The notes under the pieces are model-generated. The model saw nothing but the letters and a program-made list of their open reading frames with translations, was not told where the DNA came from and ran no database searches. This document shows positions 49,450-62,645 of a stretch of DNA of 64,000 nt, piece by piece. The stretch comes from Piromyces finnis finn (lineage: Eukaryota > Fungi > Neocallimastigomycota): contig MCFH01000006.1 of NCBI GenBank assembly GCA_002104945.1, positions 372,001 to 436,000 of the forward strand, given 5' to 3'. Positions within the stretch are counted from its first letter, which is position 1. The number at the start of each line of letters is the position of its first letter. The position numbers and the translations under genes were made by a program.

Positions 49450-51039
49450 ATGTTAATAGTTCAATTATTTAAAATATAATGTTATTTTAATTTTATATTT
49501 ACTTTTTATTATTATGAAGGTATATAAAAGTAAAATATAATAATATTTCTAATGTCCTTATTTTTCTTAATATATTTTTAATTTAAGAATTTATTATTAT
49601 ATATTTAAGAAAAATTTATAAAATAATATCTTTATCGAAACAAAGTGAAAATATTATCTATATATATATAAAAATTTAGGTATCCATATTATAGAATAAA
49701 AATAAAATAAAAAAACAACATTTATATATTTTTAATAAATTTTAAATATTAAAATGTTTATATATTTTCCTTTTTTTAAACAAGAATTTTATTATATTTT
49801 ATTTTTTTATTTTTTTTATATTTTTTATTTTTTTATATTATTTTTACCTTTTTCTCTAAAAAATGATGTAGGCTCAAATAATATACTTCAAATATAAAAT
49901 CTATTATTAAAAGATTATATATAATAACTTTGGAACTTAATAAAATATTTATGTATATGTATATTCTATTTTTTTTTTTTTTTTTTTTTTTACTACTTCT
50001 TTTTATTTATTAAAATTTTTGTATATTTTTTCTTTTATTTTTTATTTTATTAATTTTCTATAATATCATGAATGATTTTTATTTAACTTTTTTTTTTTTC
50101 TCACAAGATATTAATTCTATGTAATATTGATTATATAATTTAATAATCGTATTATTTAAATATTTATTTATTTATTCTGAACTTAAAAGTGGTTCTAAAA
50201 AATATATATATTTATATATATATATATATTATTATTATTATTATTATTAGCCTTTATGTTTTATATTTTAAATATTATTATTAATTTTTATTTCAAAAAG
50301 AAAGCAAAAAAAAAAAAAAAAAAAGATAAAATAATATATTTATATTATTACAAAATCAGTAATCCTTATATTATCATCAATAATGTGTGAATAATATAAA
50401 TATAATATGAATTTATTTGTAATATACAAATATATGTAAAAAAAACATAATTCTATTAATAATATGACTGAGTTTTATAAATATATATTAATATATTTTT
50501 ATATGTTGAAATATATTATTGAATAAATTTTAATATATTTTCAATAAATTTTATTAATATATATATATTTAGTTTAGATAAATTAACTTAATTTAATCAA
50601 TATAATACAATAATAATATATATAATACTATAGTACAAAAGGACAACCTATTAAATTTATTCATCATCTTATGACCTAGATATCACATATTCATTCCTTT
50701 TTTTAATTTATCTTCAAAAGGAATGAAAACCAATATTTTTAAAGTAAAATACATAAAAAATGAAAACATCAAGATCATTTATAATAATAGGACAGCGGAC
50801 AACTACTTATGAAATAGCTTAATAACTACGCATAAACAAATTTAATACACAAATTTTTACAGGATTAATAAAATTTTTAACAAATACTGCTTTTTTATAC
50901 AAAATAATTAACATAATTAACATTATGAAAAAAATTAACAATGCTTTACAATCTGCATTACAATTCTTAACAATTTACTCCATTATTATTTAAAAATAAT
51001 AAAAAAATTACTTTTTATAAAATTATACTAAATAAAAAT

Positions 51040-51126
51040 GATATTTCAGAAGTAATATGATTCCGGTACAGCGTTTTTCTTCACAAAATAATTCGGAAGA
51101 GGGAGCTGATTTTTCATCACTATATC
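51040..51126 (-). ncRNA. Box C/D snoRNA, SNORD100-like (copy A)
   Basis: Minus strand: box C GTGATGA (51120-51114), guide TCAGCTCCCTCTT, D' CCGA, C' GTGAAGA, box D CTGA (51049-51046), terminal stem GATAT/ATATC. Confidence 0.85.
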
Positions 51127-51212
51127 ATAATTTATTTAGTTTTTTTTTTTTTAAAAAAGTTTACAAAGTAGTATATTTTACTATTCTAATAACTCTTTTT
51201 TAATATTTTTAA

Positions 51213-51306
51213 AGATATTTTTCAGAAGTAATATGATTCCGGAACAGCGTTTTTCCTCACAAAATAATTCGGAAGAGGGAGCTGATTTATCATCATTAAA
51301 ATATCT
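51213..51306 (-). ncRNA. Box C/D snoRNA, SNORD100-like (copy B)
   Basis: Minus strand: box C ATGATGA (51296-51290), same guide, D' CCGA, C' TGAGGA, box D CTGA (51225-51222), 8-bp terminal stem AGATATTT/AAATATCT. Confidence 0.87.
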
Positions 51307-53056
51307 TTTACTATTATTATTTTTATTTTTATTAAAAATGATTTTAAATTATTTTATATTCATAATTTTAATCATCTTTTTTTTTTTTTACTTTTCTCTT
51401 TTTTTTACTCTACTATATCTATTTTTTTTTTTTTTTGAAGAGAGAAAACTTTTAAAATGTTTTTTTTATTATTTAAATATCTATCTTTTTTGAAAACCAA
51501 TCATAATTGAAGAATTTTTTTGAAATAGCAAATTATATTAATACATATTATTACATTGAACGTTGTAATATATAATAATGTATTTTATCAAAATAATATT
51601 ATATATTTAAAGCTTTATAATTATAATTATTTATCCCTTATATGTACATAATGAAAATCTTCTGGCTAAAAAATATAGCTAAATTTGTCAAAATCTGGGA
51701 TATATATTAATTCATAATGAAAGAAATAGAAAATAGCACTTTAAATAGCATTAGTAATAAATCTTATATAGAATTTTAGTAAATTCATTACAAAAAGTAA
51801 AATAAAAAAACCATTTGAAACAAATTTAATTTTTTGTATGTATGTATGTATGTATTGAAAATATTAAATTCTAAATATTGTATTACAAATAAATTAATAT
51901 TTAAAGTTAATTATATGGATGATACTTAATTTATTTAAAAAACATTTTTTTTTAGTGTGTAGATAAAGTAAATATAAAGATTTTCTGTTATATTAGCATA
52001 TATATACTATTATGATTTAATAGTAATGATGTAATTATAATAAAATAATACTATTTTCCTTTATTTTAATAAAATAATGCCAATAAAAATAAATTACATT
52101 GTATTTTTTTGAAACTAAAATTTAATCGAAGTTTTATAAAAAACTTTATATCTTTTAGTTATTTCATTATTAATTATTATTATATTAATTATTAATTATT
52201 ATTTGATTATAAAATTTATTATGGTTTATGGTTTATTTATATATAATATTAAATAATAAATTGAACTTAATATTAAATATTTAAATAATATATAATATTT
52301 AATATATTGAATTAAAAATAATATTTCTTGTAAAACATAGAAAGTAAAAACAAAAATTAATTATTATTCTTTCTTATTAATTATTTTATATTAAAAAAAA
52401 AAATAAAAGGATTTTAAAAGTAAAAATTAAAGATTCACCTTTTTTTTTCAAAGGTAAAAAAAAAAAAATATTTATTTTGCAAAAGTAAATGTTGTTCATA
52501 ATATTTCATCATTGTTAATATGTTGGAAACTGGGTATTTATTATCAAATAATGATTATAAAATCAAATGTTTTAAAGTATTAAAAAAGTAAACACATTTA
52601 TCTGAAAGTACAATAATAACAAAGGAAAAAAATTATTATTTTTCAATATTAAAATTAAACAATTAAACAATATAATTATTGAATTTCAAAATATTTATTA
52701 TAAGTAATATAATTCAAATTATATTAATTGAATAGATTAATTAAATTAATAAATGTCTTTAAAGTATTCAGTATTTACAATAAATATTATAAATTACAAT
52801 AAATTATTTATCATTATTAATAATATAATTGTTATTTTGTTTTGATTTTAAAGATTAAACTATTGATAAATGTAATTTTGCTCTTATACATATAAATGAA
52901 TTATTACTACTTTATCAATATTAATGTATATATATTATTTATAATTTATTAATTACGAATAAAATTGAAATATTTAAATAATATTTAAAATATTATATAA
53001 AAAAGCCTTATTCCATCATATATAAATATTTTGAATTGCCTTATTAAGAGATAAAA

Positions 53057-55331
53057 ATGAATATTGAAAATGAAAAGGAGATAATCCAAATTGGAATTAT
53101 TGGTTTTGGTAAGAAATATTACATAACATTTTTAAAATTAAATAAATAAAATACTAATAGTAATCCATTATTTTATTTTATTTTTTTATAAACAATAATA
53201 TTTATTATGTATATTATAACAATATATTTTAATTAAACTTAACTTGAAAATAATCATAAATATATTATGTAAATAATTATATAAATAATGAAAAATGATG
53301 TTTTAAATTTATACAAAATTAAAAAAATAAAAAATAAAAAAATAGGTGATATGGGAAGACTTTATGCAAATAAATTTAATGAAGCAGGATGGAAAAAGTA
53401 ATAATCATATCATAGTCGTATCATGTCAATATTTATCATTATCATTAATGATTTTTCAAACTTTTTACTCATTATATTATTTCAACAAAATATATAAATA
53501 GTATTAATGTTTGTGATCTTCCAGAAAAGTATGAATCTTTAAGAGAACAATTTAAAGGTACAATATCTAAAAGAGTTATAATTTTTAAACCTAAAAAAAA
53601 AAAAAAAAAAAAAAAAAGAAAAAAAAAACAAAGACCAGAGATATAAATAATTTAATAATTATGAAATGAAATAAAATTTATATTTATAGATACAGGAATA
53701 AATGTATTAAGAGACGGTCACCAAGTATCTAGAATTAGTGATATAATATTTTATTCTGTCGAAGCTAAAAATATTGATGCAGTCGTTAAAGAATATGGAC
53801 CATGTAAATAAATATATTTTTAAATAGATATATTCATTTAACATTTATTATTTAATATAACTAATTAAAAAATAATAATAAATATGTTTCTTTTAATAAT
53901 CCAAATAATAATAATAATAATAATAATACAAAATTAATCCAGCAACAAAATTCAATGCTGTCGTTGGTGGACAGGTATATTTTTAAGCAAAAAAAATTAA
54001 TTTTTATATACAAATCAGAAATAATAATTGTTTTCTTTTTTTTTAAAAAAATAATAATAATAATTATATTCAAAAGACATCTATTAAAGAATTCGAAATT
54101 CTTGCATTCGAAAAATATTTACCAAAAGATGTTGATATTTTATGTTGTCATTCTATGCATGGACCAACGTAAATAAAATCAATTATTGAGTTATTAATAA
54201 ATCCATAGCAATAAATTTTGTATTAATCAATATATATTTATTTATTGTTGATATAACATTAAATTGATAAAAAATCACTTTTTATATTTTCAATAAAATA
54301 AGTGTAATGACAAAGGGCCAACCATTAGTAAATATCATCAATAATTTTAGACAAATTCAATTCATTATATTTCATTAAATTTAATGGTTTACATTATTAT
54401 GATAACTTTAAATTTTAAAGGTTATTATTAGACAAAGATGTAGTGATGAACATTTTGCTCTTGTAAATAGATTATTAGATTGTCTTCAATCTCAAAAAGT
54501 TATGTTATCATACTTAGAACATGATCAAATTACTGCTGATACCCAAGCCGTTACTCACTTAGCATTTATTAGGTATTTATTTTTTTATTACAAGTGTCAA
54601 ATATATATATATATATTAAATATGGAATTAAAAGTATTAATAAGAAACTTATTTAATTTTATTGTTTTTATTCAATTTAATGATAATTATTAATATAATT
54701 TATAATATAATTTATAATATAATTTGATTATTATTACTTAAAATATCCATAAAAAATTAAAAATATATACATGAAATAACAACAATAAATCAAAAAAAAA
54801 TAAATAAAAATAAACGTAGTATGGGAACAGCATGGAAGAGACAAGGAAAATTCCCTGTAAATATATATTATATATACAATAAATATTTTTATATTGGAAT
54901 AAAACAATAACTGGATATTTAATAAATAAATAAAAAAAATTGAGTTTTTATTAATCAAATTGATAAAAATCATCCTTATTATATATATAATTTATTTTAG
55001 TGGGAATCACCAAACTATGCTGGTGGTATTGAGAATGTTAAAGTCTTAATGACACTTCGTATTTATAATAATAAATGGCATGTTTATGCAGGTATTTTAA
55101 AATGAAATTATAGATATATATATACATATTTTAATTTCTAAATATATTTAATTTAATATGTTTATTATTGAAACCTAGGTTTAGCAATGATGAATCCAAG
55201 TGCCATGAGACAAGTCCATCAATTTTCAAAATCTGTTAACGAATTGTTTAAATTAATGATTCAAGAAAAGAGAGAAGAATTTATTAAAAGAATAAAAACT
55301 GTAATTATCAAATATTATCAATATCATTATC

Positions 55332-55373
<42 letters not shown>

Positions 55374-55615
55374 TATATATATATATATATCAGGCTGGTG
55401 AACAAGTATTTAGTGAACGTAATCATCAACATCGTCATATATTATTAGAAGATGATTTATTAGATAAATTCTCATTATCAATTATTCCAAAAGAACAAAG
55501 AAAACCAAACTCTCATTTATCCTTATTAGCCATGGTTGATTGTTGGCACACTTTAAATATTAATCCATACGATCATATGATATGTGAAACTCCTATATTT
55601 AGGTAATATTATTTA

Positions 55616-55655
<40 letters not shown>

Positions 55656-56026
55656 TTTTTACATAAGAGAAAATTTTTTTTCTCTTTTAATAAAAAAAAG
55701 AACATAATTATATTAATTCTATTATTTATTTACTTATTATTAATAATAGATTATTATTAGGTATTGCAGAATATCTATTTCGTAATGAAGACTTTTTGGA
55801 TGAAGCTATTGAAGCTGCTTTAACTGATATAAATATTCGTGCAGATGATCTTGAATATTGTTTATCTGCTACTATATGGGAAAATATTATTCATAATAAA
55901 GATATTGAACATTACAAGCAACAATTTGAGGAAGTATCAAACTTCTTTAAACATAGATTAGATGAAGCTAGTAGAGCTAGTTCTTCATTAATTTCAAAAA
56001 TTTCTGCAAACATTAGAAAAATATAA
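53057..56026 (+). CDS. TYR1: Prephenate dehydrogenase (NADP+), multi-exon
   Basis: IGIIGFGDMGRLYANKF; GHQVSRISDIIFYSVEA; HSMHGP; EHDQITADTQAVTHLAFISMGTAW; GGIENVKV...RIYNNKWHVYAGLAMMNP, matching yeast Tyr1 motifs as I recall them. Confidence 0.95.
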
Positions 56027-56409
56027 TTAACGTAGTTTCCCATATATAAATAGTAGATAAAAAAAAAGGATAAAGAAAAAGAAAGAAAAAATAAAAAAAA
56101 AAAAAAATCAAAGCCTTTGTTTTATTTTTATTTATATAAACTTTTTTTTTTATTTATTATTCTTTAGAAAAAAAAAAAAAAAAAACCCTAATTATATCAT
56201 ATTATTAAATATTGATTATTAAATAATAATGATAAAATTTAAAAAAAAAAAAAATAATAAATTTAAGCATTTAATAAAAATTATAAAAACTATATTCATA
56301 CATTAAAAAATTTTCTCTTTAAAAAAGATTTTTTTTACTTTTAATTTTTAAATTAAATTTAAATTTAATAATTTTTTTCGGAGACCAACAACAAAAGCAG
56401 GTCACTTTA

Positions 56410-56555
56410 TGAAGAGAATAAAGCATCCCGCTACTCGGCCAGCCTATACCCTTCAAAAATTAAAATATAGTTTATGATAGACAAAAGAATATCTACCATA
56501 ATGTCATTGGCGTCACCCAATGAAGTTATTATCCTTACTCATTAATTTGAGGCAA
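56410..56555 (-). ncRNA. U12 minor spliceosomal snRNA
   Basis: Minus strand TGCCTCAAATTAATGAGTAAGGATAATAAC-TTCATTGG-GTGACG-CCAATGA versus human U12 UGCCUUAAACUUAUGAGUAAGGAAAAUAAC-GAUUCGGG-GUGACG-CCCGAAUC; 10-bp second hairpin (56472-56501); Sm site AATTTTTG (56461-56454); 3' hairpin with GCGGGATGC. 3' end uncertain (56410 to about 56379). Confidence 0.88.
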
Positions 56556-57025
56556 ACAGTTTAATTATTACTGCTGGACTTCACTTTATTTTATATAAAA
56601 CTTTAACTAAATAAACTATTTTAATTGTATTGAATTAAATTTTGTTGATTTTGATTGGTTAATATTATTTTTCATTATTCATATTTTAAAAATTAATTAA
56701 TTATTTATTTTCCCATAAAAAAAAACACTAATAAACTAAATTTTATTATGAATATATTTATTTTTTCAAGAAAAATATTATTTTTTAAATTTTCATTTTT
56801 ATTTCAATTAATTTATCATCATAAATATTAAATATATATAATTTTAAATATGAATTAAAAATTATTCTTTATATATTTTTACTTTAATTTTAAATAAAAG
56901 AAAAATTAAATAGATTAGTTTATTTAAAAATTTACTTTTTTTTTTTTATTTTATTTTTATATTTTTTTTTGAATTTTTTTGAATTTTTTTTATTAATACT
57001 TTATTTTTATTTCTTATTTTAAGAT

Positions 57026-59484
57026 TTATTCATCCATACGGGTACATCCACTAAGTTCAAGTAATTCCTTTGGACAATCGACCTTAACATAGGTAATTTC
57101 TGGATTATCAGCTCCTCTGAACCAGTCGAATTTAAAAAGACAACCTTCTTGCATACTTTTTGGAAGTTTGTAACAACCTTCACGAGAAGTAACACCACCA
57201 TTACGATCTCCCCAATCTTCTTCTGGAATTTCTGGATATCTTGGAGAACAACCATTGAATAAACCAAAACCACCACCTGGAATTTGAATATCAAAGTGAC
57301 CTTCACCTAAATCACCACCAGTATTGGAAATTTGAACAATCATTTGTTTTCCCTTGATTGGGAAGGATGTGAATGTTAAGGCATAACAAGTACAACACCA
57401 ATCGGCTTCAGTTAAACCTGGAATGTTAGCAGCAGCAAAACCATAAGCAGTAACTTCATCAACAGCCCATGGAGTTTGTTCTTCACAAGTGTAAGTTGGA
57501 CCACCTTCACAACCTGAGATCTATTTTACATAAAATAAATATTGTTATCAATTAATAAAATATTTTATTTATTCCCTGTAATTTTTAATATTTTATACTT
57601 TTTTATCATTATTAATATTTATCTAAATTGTAATATACATACTAAGTTGTTATCTAAAAGTGGGCTATTGTCAGCATTACATAACTTAATGTTGGTCTTG
57701 TATTCAAATTTACCTGGCCAGGCACAAGACTAATTTTTTAAATATATTTATTAATTATTTATATATAAAATATATATTTTTTTGTTTGTTTATTTGTTTT
57801 CATAAATATTTTAATAATAAATAATTGCTTACTGGTTTACAACAATCCCAGTATCTTGTAGTTGAACCCTTAGCTTCCCCAATTGGCCAGTGGTGTTCAG
57901 CATCTTCCCAACTAGCATTAAGGAATTCTATTATTATTTTTTAACATGATATAAATCATAATTTTTTTTTAAAAAAAATATTAATAAAATCAATTAATTA
58001 TATAAAAATTAATAAAATATTTATTAAAATCTAAATGTACCATTGCATTCGTATGGTTTAATTTCACATGGACTTTTATTTTCCCAACCCCATAATGAAC
58101 CATCAGTTTGGGTATCAGTAACAAGACAACCTTGACACCATTGCTATTTTTTTTATTATTATTTTTTAAACAATATTACAAACATTGAAAAAAAAAATTG
58201 ATTTTTGTTAAATATATATTATACTTACACCAAAGTGTGGACCGATTTCACAATCAGTAGCTGGACGTAATTCAGCGTTTGGATCTGGTTCACATTGAGC
58301 GTAACTAATACAATATCATTATAGTTATTCTATGAACTAATGGTTAATACAATAATAATACTAATTATCAATTATATTTACCCGTCTTTTTCAACACAAC
58401 TCATACCAGCACCACAGCAAATGCCTGGACCACAGGCTTCATATTGACATCTACATTTTTGTGTTGGAGTTGGAGCCTTTGTAGTGGTAGTAGTAGTCTT
58501 TTTTGAAGTAGTAGTGGTGGTTTTCTTAGTGGTAGTAGCAGAACAAGATTCTTTAATACCACACCAATCATCTTCATAACCCCATTTTCCATCGTTATCG
58601 GTATAAACAACATCACAACCTTCACAACATGGATAACCCTATAATTTTATTTTATTTTATTTTTAATCAAACATTAAATTGAAATTTAGAAATTTCATTA
58701 TATTTGTTAAATTTTAAATTTTATTTTAATTTTATATTAATTAAAAATTAGTAAAAAAAAAAAAAAAAAAACTCTACATACTAAAGCACCAGCCCAACAG
58801 CTAGCAGTACTTTGAGAACAGGATGATAAAATACCACACCATTCACCATTTTCAATACCCCATTCACCATATTCATCAGTAGTTATAATATCACATCCTT
58901 CACAGCAATCGTAGCCCTGTTTTTAATTATTTTTTTTAATTTAATTATTAATTAAAACTAAATTTAATGATTTTCATTTATCTGAATTTAATTTTTTTAA
59001 CAAAATATAATTAACATACTAAAGAAGAAGCCCAGCATGTGTTAGATTCAAAACATGAATCTGGAATAATACACCAATCATTGTTTTCAATACCTTTTAT
59101 ATTTTGTAATATGATTTAATATTATACATTTTAAACATTATTTAATTTGTTAATTTGATGGTACTTTTTTTTTTTTTTTAATAAATCATTTATTAATAAT
59201 TTTTTAATTCTTATAAATTTACCCCATTTGGAATCATCTTCGTATTCAACACTACATGTATTTTTACAAGTAGAATACTTTATTGTTATTGTTATTTTTA
59301 TATAACATATAAAATTAAAAAGAAAAAAATAATTTTTTAATTTTTTTTTTTCTCGAGTTTCCTTTTTTTTTTTTTTTTAATTTAAATTCTTTATTCAAAA
59401 TATAATTTTAAATCTTACTTGAGCTTCACTCTTTACAATAAAATGTAAAAGAAGAAGTAATGTGCTATTCAATAGCATCTTCAT
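57026..59484 (-). CDS. Cellulosomal GH45 endoglucanase: signal peptide, 3 fungal dockerins (CBM10-type), T/K linker, CBM1-like module, a further dockerin-like module, GH45 domain
   Basis: [19 protein letters not shown]; YGFAAA; [10 protein letters not shown]; [26 protein letters not shown]; dockerin repeats GYxCC...WGxEN..WC; many GT-AG introns. Confidence 0.94.
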
Positions 59485-61550
59485 TTTTATTTATTTTATT
59501 AATATAAATTAAAAAGAAATTGAATTTATATTATCTTCTTTTTTATTTTATTTTTTTTTTTTTTTTACAATTCAAATTATCAAAATTTGATTTTTATGAA
59601 TCAATTTTTTTTAAAGGAAAATAAAAAAAAAATAAATAAATAAGATTAATTCCTATAAAAGAAATAAATAAAATTAATTTACCTAATTATATTATAAAAA
59701 AAATAATAGACTTTGTTATATTAAAATGAAAGTTTAATTAATATAATATATTTAATTTTATAATTATATTATTAATTAAAGTTTGATAATCCTTTTTCAT
59801 ATAAAATAATATTATAAAGAATTATATTTTACAATATATTATTTTAAATATATGTATAATTATTCATATTTTTAAAGGATTACACAATACAGAACTTCAC
59901 CACTGTCATTATGAATAAGAGTTTTTATTAGAAATTTTAGTATTTTTAAATATTTTTAATAATAATAAAAAGAATAAACACTTTTTTTTTAATATATAAA
60001 TATTGTTATATTTAATAAATATTTTTAATATATATTTATATTATTTTATATTTATTTATATTATTATAAATATGAAATTTAAAATATATTAAAAAATCAT
60101 AATAGAGTATTTTATAGCATTATGTAATATAGAGAAAAACAATTACAAAATAAACTATTAAATTACCTATTATTATGAATTATTTTAATGATTAATCACT
60201 ATGAACTAACTAGTTTATTATTAACTATTTATTAATATATTTAGGAATAATTATAGGTTAATGTACTTGGTTAATATAAATAAATTAATATTTAGGTATT
60301 ACTCATAAATTACATCTTTATAAAATGTATTCATGGGAAAAATAGTCATTATTATTTAATTTATTATTATTACTACTTTTATTTTGTGTATCCTTTTTTA
60401 TATTTAAATTTAAACTTTATTAAATAATATTTTTAAAAAAATGAGAGATAAAAATAATAATTTAAATTTTTTTTAAAAAAATATTTTTATTTAATTAATA
60501 TAATATAATGATTGTAAAAAGATGATCATCATTTATTTTGGAAGCGAATAATTTTTGAATTTTATATTTGACCTTTTACATAAAATTTATGCTTTTTATT
60601 CATAAAAATTGTTATATCACTAGATTAAAAAACACATTGTTTATTTTTTATTATTTTGTTTATTTTTTATTAGTATGTAAGGTATAAACTTTTAAATTTA
60701 TTTATTTTTAAAAAAAATATCTTATTAAGATTTTCCCAACTTATTGGTTGTATATTAATTAATTTAAATAAAAAAAAAAAAAAAAAGAATAAACTTCAAA
60801 TTATGAATAAATAAATATTAGAATAGATGAATATTACTTTTTCCTTTTAAAATATCTTTATATTTTTTTTTTTTTTTGATTTTATAATTATTTAATTATT
60901 AATGATATTTCAAAATTTTATAATTATATTCTTTTTAAATTAACTATAGTAAAATATATATTTAATATACTTTGATCATCATAAAAAAGTAATATATTAC
61001 ATTATACTAGTATTTTTGTATATAAATCATAAATCATATTTTATAAAAAGTTAAAAGTCTCAATATATAACATTATATATGATGAGACTTTTTAGGTGTA
61101 AATTAAAATATTTAGTTAAAATAATAATTTTTTTATAAAAAAAACCTTCTTTTTAGGTAAATTTTATCAAATGATTATATAATAAAAAATAAAAAACGGT
61201 TATTACATTTTTACATATTTATAATTGTTTTTAATCTTGAACAATAATCTTTATAAAAATTAAATAAGACCTATAATTAACAAAATTCTTATTTAATTTT
61301 TATGTAGGAAGATAATTATAACTTTTGAATGTTTAATTATATAAAATGATTTTTTTTTTTTGTTAATATCATTATTATACCATTTAAATGGAGAATTGAT
61401 AATTAAAACATGTTTTTTTATTATTTACACTTATAATATGATATTATAAATTAATAAAAAAAGTAATATAGTAATTTAAAAAAGTTAATATTCAATATAA
61501 TGTCAATAATAAATTAACATTATTATAAATAATAAATATTTCATTAATTA

Positions 61551-61589
<39 letters not shown>

Positions 61590-62645
61590 CACGCTAAATC
61601 ATATAATATTATTAATATTCATTTTTTTTTTTTTTTATATTTTTAAATTTTATTTTAAATGGTTATAAATGTTTTTTATCTTTGTATCATTCAATTAAAA
61701 CTCTACCAATACATTTAAAAAAAAATTAATAAAAATGACATTTTTGATATTACTATATATAGAATAATATAATAAAGCTTATTATTTATAAAACGGTAAA
61801 ACGGCAGGTAGTGAATTTTTAAAATTTATATTTTGATTTATCTATCACCACAATATCCACAATCCCATTTTAAATTATATAATTTATTAAAATTTATCTG
61901 CTTCAAAAAAGTAATATAAAAACGTACTATATAATATATTATTAAATTTCTATCATTATATTTTGATAATTTATCCCTATAACATTATTATGTGGGAATT
62001 GACATTAATATTATTACTATAATTTAATTTAATAATAGATATTAAAAAATAAAAAAAAAAAGGGAATAAATAGGAGTAAATTATTATTAAATGTAAAAAA
62101 AAAAAAAAATTATATATATATATATTATTTAATTAATAAATAAAATCACTTTATATTTTTTCTATATCTTATATATTTTATTTTTTAAATTATATGATCT
62201 TATATAAATTATTAAATATTTACAATAGAGTACTGTACTTTATTATAATGTTCCTTTTATTAATCATACTTATTGCTATTTTGTTTTATATTATTATATA
62301 ACCATATAAATAAAAATTATATCAATATAAGGATTAACTTATTTTGACTAAATAATTGAAAAAAAATGTTTGGAATTCTAATAAATGACTTATAAATTAT
62401 AAAATAAAAAGAAATTAAATTGTTTTAATATATTAAACATTGATTTTAAAATTGAATTATACAGTATCGATATACTATTAATAAAACTATTTATATTATT
62501 ATTCTTACTTGAATTCTTATGATGAATAAAAGAAAGAATAAAATATTAATTATTGGTATTAATTTATTAGTTTCCTAAAAGTGATGCTGTTTAAAAAAAA
62601 TTAAAAAGATAGAAATAATTATTATTTATAATTTAATGATTATGC

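Noticed and set aside
50356-50379. Possible third C/D snoRNA (TGATGA...CTGA on minus strand)
   Set aside because: Only 14 nt between boxes, no other boxes, no terminal stem and no recognisable rRNA complement.
61053-61093. Imperfect hairpin AAAAGTCTCA...TGAGACTTTT
   Set aside because: Short, interrupted arms in AT-rich DNA; compatible with chance.
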